Virus record (IMG/VR): IMGVR_UViG_3300045988_101972
Location: 1-16,805 of that record
Length of the DNA: 16,805 bases
Source of the DNA: a virus
Direction: 5' to 3' (one strand)
Positions 12,642 to 16,805 of this stretch are shown here, piece by piece; position 1 is the first letter of the stretch, and each line of letters starts with the position of its first letter. A model generated the notes under the pieces. That model did no database searches, was not told the origin of the DNA, and saw nothing but the letters and a program-made list of their open reading frames with translations. The translations under genes and the position numbers were made by a program.

Positions 12642-13859
12642 ATGGCAGTTGACTTTAAAACATGGGTAAAGCAAACCGAAAACCACTTTTGGGATATGGA
12701 CGGCAGTTGGGGCCCCCAATGTTGGGACCTGTGGGCCAAGTATTGCATGGATGAATACGGGTGCAGTGTTCAGGATTGCGTCACCCCGACAGGTTGGGCA
12801 GGGGGATTGTACGCTAATCATCCAGTGAGCGCAAGAGTCGGGGAGATTTTCGAAAAAAAAGACAACACGTGGGAGCCTATGCCCGGCGACGTTGCCATAT
12901 GGCAAGTCTGTTATCCCAACTATCCGTCAACACACGTGGCCATTGTCGTTGACGGGATACAAGGCGACTCCATCGACGTGCTCACCCAAAACCCGGAGCC
13001 AAGCGTTCATAAACTACTCCCATTGCAGAAATCATGTATCGGATATCTGCATCCACGTAAAAAACCGGACGGGGGAGACAATAACAGCGGGTCAAACAAT
13101 ACAGGTTCAAACAATCCGGGCAACACGTCCAGCAGTGACGCGTGGATACAGCAACAAGGGGATAATCTTATCTACCATTATCGAGACAACGACAGTGGCG
13201 CGGGTACGCTGATTTTTTATAAGGCCACAGCTCAGACATGGACCGCCAAAGGCAGTGCGAAAGCCCCCAACGATTCAAACGGACAGGCCACGCCGTCTGT
13301 AGGCAACGGCAAAAGCAGTTACGCTCTCTACTGCATCGGCACCGTGGAAAGCTCACTACAATGGGATGCGGTTGAGTTAGCCAACATGCAGGGAATTGGC
13401 ATTGCGCAATGGTCGTTTGACAGGCGACTGGACGTTTTGAACGCCATGAGGAAAGCCGACCCAACAGGCTATGAGACGTTTGCCAAAGCGTGCCCCGAGA
13501 TAGCGTCGCTCATGGATGATGACGGGGTGTTTACGCGCCCCTTGACGGCAATAGAATCGGCGGCGTTCAAGACATGGGCGCAACGCCCCGAGTCACATCA
13601 GGGACAACGAAACCAGTTCGAGGCAGACTACAACGGATATCACCATGTGTATGACGACATCAAAATGCAGATACTGTGGGCGTCGGCATATCATCAGGGC
13701 CCGGCTTACGCGGAAGTGTTGCCAAAAGCGACAACGTTGGACGGGTTGCTGGCCAATCTGCTTAATGACGGCGTTTTCGGGCAATATCCCAATCGATATC
13801 AGACGGTGTATAATCTGTTGGTTGTCTGGGATGGGACTAGCGCCCCGCCGAACTTTTAG
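12642..13859 (+). CDS. Virion-associated peptidoglycan hydrolase: N-terminal CHAP domain plus C-terminal lysozyme / lytic-transglycosylase-like domain (405 aa)
   Basis: ATG at 12642 with AGGAG at 12630-12634. CHAP signature: GPQCWDLW (Cys), THVAIVV (His), TQNPEP. The linker is Gly/Asn/Ser-rich. The C-terminal domain has GTVESS...GIGIAQWS, resembling the E-S / G-x-x-Q motifs of SLT-like enzymes. It occupies the slot of phi29 gp13. Confidence 0.8.
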   Translation: MAVDFKTWVKQTENHFWDMDGSWGPQCWDLWAKYCMDEYGCSVQDCVTPTGWAGGLYANHPVSARVGEIFEKKDNTWEPMPGDVAIWQVCYPNYPSTHVAIVVDGIQGDSIDVLTQNPEPSVHKLLPLQKSCIGYLHPRKKPDGGDNNSGSNNTGSNNPGNTSSSDAWIQQQGDNLIYHYRDNDSGAGTLIFYKATAQTWTAKGSAKAPNDSNGQATPSVGNGKSSYALYCIGTVESSLQWDAVELANMQGIGIAQWSFDRRLDVLNAMRKADPTGYETFAKACPEIASLMDDDGVFTRPLTAIESAAFKTWAQRPESHQGQRNQFEADYNGYHHVYDDIKMQILWASAYHQGPAYAEVLPKATTLDGLLANLLNDGVFGQYPNRYQTVYNLLVVWDGTSAPPNF

Positions 13860-13890
13860 TTATCCACAATATTATACACATATCCACATG

Positions 13891-13899
13891 TGATATACT
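13891..13899 (+). promoter_or_regulatory. Extended -10 element TGATATACT (copy 3), 6 nt before the ATPase ATG
   Basis: GTGATATACT at 13890-13899. There is no SD sequence before ATG 13906. Upstream repeats: TATCCACA (13861, 13881) and TATACACA (13873). Confidence 0.5.
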
Positions 13900-13905
13900 G
13901 TGATT

Positions 13906-14994
13906 ATGGATGATAAAACGATGTTTCTTAATGAGAACGATTATTATGATTACACGCGCGTGCTATCATATCACGCGCCGTGGATGTTCATTATCGGCGC
14001 ACGCGGTCTCGGCAAAACCTACGGCGGCAAAAAACTCATGATAGACGATTGGATGAAACGACGTTGGCAGTTTATCTATCTACGCCGTACCGCCGAAGAA
14101 CAAAAAAACAAGGGCACGTTTTTCAACGATATCGCAGACAGTTATCCCGAACTAGATTTTAGGGTCAACGGCAACCAGGCGGAATGTCATTGGGCCGACG
14201 ATAGAGACGCTATAGTCGATAAAAACGGAAAAAAGAAGTCAGTGTGGCATATCATCGGCTATTTTATAGCGCTCTCGCAAGCCGGACAGGTCAAGTCAGT
14301 GGCATACCCGCGCGTACGTACCATACTGTTTGACGAAGTCTTTCCAGACACCATGCGCTACCTAGGGGGTGAGGTTACTGCGTTGGAGGAATTTTACAAC
14401 ACGGTAGACCGATGGCACGACCGCGTGCGCCTTATCTTGTGTTCGAACGCCGTAAGTCTGGCCAACCCGTACTTTGCGGCATTTAACATCAACGTCACGC
14501 CGCAAGTCGAGAACAAGATTCAATATCAACGGTACTGCGATTCTTTCATCGTGGTGGAACTCGCTGACTATGGCGGGTTTTCCGCCAAAATCGCCAAAAG
14601 CAAGTTTGGTCAATTCCTCAGCAAGTTCGACGCGGACTATGCCTCATATTCCATCAACAACACGTTCCGAGACAACAGCAACACGCTTATAAGCAACCTC
14701 AGCGGCGCGGGATATGTTTTGTCGATAAAGACACGCGAATACGGGGCGTTTGCTGTCTATCAAATTCTGAACGACAGTAAAATCATGACGGTATGGCAGA
14801 TAGCGCGCCGCCAACCCAAGAAGCAAAAGTGGTACACGCTGGACTATCGATTAGTCGACGAAAAGTGCATATTGTTGAAAAAATCAGATGATATCATCAA
14901 GAAACTAATTGAGGCGTACCGTGTAGGGCGTGTTCGATTCGAGACGCCGCAAACAAAATCAGAATTTAGTATGTTATTAGGCTCGCTTTTTTAA
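13906..14994 (+). CDS. DNA encapsidation (packaging) ATPase, phi29 gp16-like
   Basis: Walker A FIIGARGLGKTYG and Walker B RTILFDEVF. The size (about 362 aa) and family pattern match gp16-type ATPases. The start may be ATG 13906 (leaderless model) or GTG 13900 (ORF track). Confidence 0.9.
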   Translation: MDDKTMFLNENDYYDYTRVLSYHAPWMFIIGARGLGKTYGGKKLMIDDWMKRRWQFIYLRRTAEEQKNKGTFFNDIADSYPELDFRVNGNQAECHWADDRDAIVDKNGKKKSVWHIIGYFIALSQAGQVKSVAYPRVRTILFDEVFPDTMRYLGGEVTALEEFYNTVDRWHDRVRLILCSNAVSLANPYFAAFNINVTPQVENKIQYQRYCDSFIVVELADYGGFSAKIAKSKFGQFLSKFDADYASYSINNTFRDNSNTLISNLSGAGYVLSIKTREYGAFAVYQILNDSKIMTVWQIARRQPKKQKWYTLDYRLVDEKCILLKKSDDIIKKLIEAYRVGRVRFETPQTKSEFSMLLGSLF

Positions 14995-15034
14995 CTTTCA
15001 AGCACAACAAAATAAAAAAGAAAAGGACAAATCA

Positions 15035-15403
15035 ATGCAACACTATATAGCACCACTTATAATCACGGCCGCGTTCATTATCATGGATTATGGTACCGGC
15101 GTCGCAAACGCGATTATGCACAATCAAGTGAACAGCGAAAAAATGAGAAACGGATTATGGCACAAATTCGCGTACGTCATAGTAATAAGTACTGCCTCCC
15201 TCATAGAGTACGGAGCCCAATGGCTTGAGCTAGGGTTCAATCTCCCCCTAGTTATACCGGTGATAGTATCCATTTGTCTGATTGAAGTCACATCCATTCT
15301 GGAAAACTGCACTAAAATCAACCCCGAACTTAAAAGCAACAAGGTACTGAACGTTTTCAGTGAAGCCCAGAACGGAAAGACAGACAATAACAATAATCAT
15401 TAA
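15035..15403 (+). CDS. Holin (122 aa), Phage_holin_4_1-like
   Basis: AAGGA RBS at 15023-15027. Three hydrophobic segments. Family hallmarks are MDYGTGVANAI near the N-terminus and LIEVTSILEN. The C-tail is polar. It lies directly upstream of the endolysin. Confidence 0.85.
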   Translation: MQHYIAPLIITAAFIIMDYGTGVANAIMHNQVNSEKMRNGLWHKFAYVIVISTASLIEYGAQWLELGFNLPLVIPVIVSICLIEVTSILENCTKINPELKSNKVLNVFSEAQNGKTDNNNNH

Positions 15404-15408
15404 ATGTA

Positions 15409-15417
15409 TGGTACAAT
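15409..15417 (+). promoter_or_regulatory. Possible extended -10 element TGGTACAAT upstream of the endolysin gene
   Basis: A TGnTACAAT match located between the holin stop and the endolysin RBS. This is a single weak observation. Confidence 0.3.
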
Positions 15418-15461
15418 AATCTCGACAATAGCACCGACCACGACAGAGAGGAATATTGATT

Positions 15462-16301
15462 ATGGCTCTCAACGGAATCGACATATCAAGCCATCAAACG
15501 GGCATAAACCTAGCCATAGTACCGTGTGACTTTGTTATCATCAAGGTCACACAAGGTACACGCCATGTCAACGCGGATTGGGAACGACAGGCAAAACAGG
15601 CAATCAACTCCGGCAAACTTGTAGCATTCTACCACTATGCAGAAGGCACTAGCCCAAGCGCCGAACGCGAGTTTTTCCTAAGACAACTGGGAGACTACGC
15701 CCAATACTATCCAATGGCGTGCGACTGGGAACAAGACTACAATATCCGATACCACGTCAATGACACTCAATGGGTATCCGCTTTCATGAGCGGACTCCCC
15801 TACAGCCGCCAAAACATGATATACTGTAGCGCATTTGACCGTGGATATTTTGACCACCTCGGGCACCCAATGTGGATAGCGCAATATGCAGACACCAACC
15901 CCACAGGATACCAAGCAAACCCATGGAATGAACCCAACACGCCATGCACTGTTCGTCAATACTCGGGAACAGGCCGCCTAAATGGCTGGGGCGAAAACCT
16001 TGACCTCGACAAATTCTACGGAGACAAAAAAACATGGTATAATGTTTTCGGACAACGTAAAAACATTGTCCTAACCTATGACAAGGATAACCCAATGCAA
16101 GCAATCATTCAACCGAACGAGGAACCGCGCCTAGTATGGTTCGACGGCTCCAAGCTACACTCGCTCACCCATCCAGACCAAGTAACAGCACTACGTGAAG
16201 TCGCCAAAGCGTGCGGCACCACAATTCCGACATTTAAGCTCGGAACCAAAAAAGCACCATGGTACACACGACTTAAGCAAGCAGTAGATCTAGGAGAGTA
16301 A
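15462..16301 (+). CDS. Endolysin: GH25 muramidase domain plus a C-terminal domain of about 70 aa of unknown type
   Basis: N-terminal NGIDISSHQTGINLAIVPCDFVIIKVTQGT and the acidic pair in ACDWEQD are typical of GH25. ATG at 15462 is preferred; the track start TTG at 15456 is possible. Confidence 0.9.
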   Translation: MALNGIDISSHQTGINLAIVPCDFVIIKVTQGTRHVNADWERQAKQAINSGKLVAFYHYAEGTSPSAEREFFLRQLGDYAQYYPMACDWEQDYNIRYHVNDTQWVSAFMSGLPYSRQNMIYCSAFDRGYFDHLGHPMWIAQYADTNPTGYQANPWNEPNTPCTVRQYSGTGRLNGWGENLDLDKFYGDKKTWYNVFGQRKNIVLTYDKDNPMQAIIQPNEEPRLVWFDGSKLHSLTHPDQVTALREVAKACGTTIPTFKLGTKKAPWYTRLKQAVDLGE

Positions 16302-16305
16302 TATC

Positions 16306-16395
16306 ATGGAAAACAACACCGAAGTAACCCAACCCTTAAACGAAGAAGAACTCAATAAGATTCTCGAAATCATGAAAGAATCTGTCAACAATTAA
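16306..16395 (+). CDS. Small acidic ORF (29 aa, MENNTEVTQPLNEEELNKILEIMKESVNN)
   Basis: AGGAG at 16292-16296 is 9 nt before the ATG. The ORF ends just before the bidirectional terminator. It is too short for any family call. Confidence 0.35.
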   Translation: MENNTEVTQPLNEEELNKILEIMKESVNN

Positions 16396-16399
16396 GACA

Positions 16400-16430
16400 A
16401 CCCCCAGAGAATACTCTGGGGGTATTCTTT
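16400..16430. terminator. Bidirectional rho-independent terminator between convergent genes
   Basis: ACCCCCAGAG-AATA-CTCTGGGGGT (16400-16423), followed by ATTCTTTT on the + strand and flanked by a T-containing tract on the - strand. Confidence 0.75.
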
Positions 16431-16627
16431 TAATCAGTCTTACGACAACAACCACCACGTCGAAACCGCTCAATATCACCCCTGTATCGCAGATTCACAA
16501 AGTCATAAATACTATCACCATCAACAGTACCCCCCCTATTATGGTGACCACCACGTTTTTTACTCGAACTCACCTTAACGCCGCCGATAAAGTGTTTACC
16601 ATTCCTACGCGATTCAATCAGTGACAT
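16430..16627 (-). CDS. Small basic Gly/Arg/Lys-rich protein (65 aa); the only - strand gene, reading inward from the right end
   Basis: ATG at 16627 is preceded by GGGAGG (complement of 16634-16639) at 6-nt spacing. The track start at 16696 was rejected because it would translate a CA repeat. No family is recognised. Confidence 0.6.
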   Translation of the reverse strand: MSLIESRRNGKHFIGGVKVSSSKKRGGHHNRGGTVDGDSIYDFVNLRYRGDIERFRRGGCCRKTD

Positions 16628-16646
16628 TATAAACCTCCCTTTTAAC

Positions 16647-16655
16647 AGTATAACA
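16647..16655 (-). promoter_or_regulatory. Extended -10 element TGTTATACT (- strand) for the right-end gene
   Basis: The reverse complement of 16647-16655 reads TGTTATACT. The predicted start is about 16640, immediately before the GGGAGG RBS. TTGTGT lies 17 nt upstream. Confidence 0.45.
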
Positions 16656-16680
16656 CACAACACACAAACACACAACACAC
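16653..16680. repeat. CA-rich low-complexity tract (CACACAA-type repeats)
   Basis: ACACACAACACACAAACACACAACACAC lies between the right-end promoter and the right ITR. There is no counterpart at the left end. Confidence 0.8.
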
Positions 16681-16805
16681 GGCGTGTCGAAAACAAAAAA
16701 CCAGAAACAAGAGTGAAAAACCACGCCCAAGTCGCCAGTAATACGTTCCGCCTTCAACTTCAACACAACTCAGCCAACTCCTCACAATAACACTCACTAT
16801 TATAC

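Noticed and set aside
16628-16696. N-terminal extension of the right-end - strand ORF (MFSTRRVLCVCVLCV...)
   Set aside because: It would translate the CA/GT repeat and the predicted promoter. The internal ATG at 16627 has a GGGAGG RBS.
1-16805. Search for tRNAs, CRISPR arrays, integrase or repressor genes, transposase genes, and Rz-like spanins
   Set aside because: I saw no cloverleaf-like candidates, no spaced direct-repeat arrays, and no ORF with recombinase, HTH-repressor or lipobox/spanin features. Their absence fits a small, strictly lytic phage of a monoderm host.

Overview
The window appears to be a complete linear genome (16,805 bp) of a small phi29-type, protein-primed podophage. 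Bases 1-95 are the exact reverse complement of 16711-16805, so the window is bounded by perfect 95-bp inverted terminal repeats. Almost every gene is on the + strand. From left to right: four small early ORFs with no recognisable family, a very basic candidate terminal protein, and a compact family-B DNA polymerase with the DxxSLYP, KxxxNSxxGKFG and YxDTDS motifs. A structured non-coding gap of about 180 nt follows. The structural block then runs: acidic scaffold, major capsid with a C-terminal Ig-like domain, gp9-like tail knob, gp10-like portal, lower collar, three fibre or appendage genes, and a CHAP plus lysozyme-like virion hydrolase. The last + strand genes are a gp16-like packaging ATPase, a holin and a GH25 endolysin. 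A single small basic gene reads inward on the - strand from the right end. I see no integrase, repressor, tRNA, CRISPR array or spanin, which fits a strictly lytic phage of a monoderm host. The host cannot be named from sequence alone. The points most worth following up are regulatory or RNA-level. (1) The motif GTGATATACT recurs and looks like an extended -10 promoter; two copies sit exactly 6 nt before the ATGs of the portal and ATPase genes, implying leaderless mRNAs. (2) The structured gap between the polymerase and the scaffold gene could be a pRNA analogue or an operator. (3) Related hairpins lie downstream of two of these promoters, one acting as a likely attenuator in front of the terminal protein and polymerase genes. 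(4) The polymerase exonuclease domain is compact and its Exo motifs are hard to recognise. All functional calls come from motif recognition and remembered similarity to phi29 proteins; no database search was possible.
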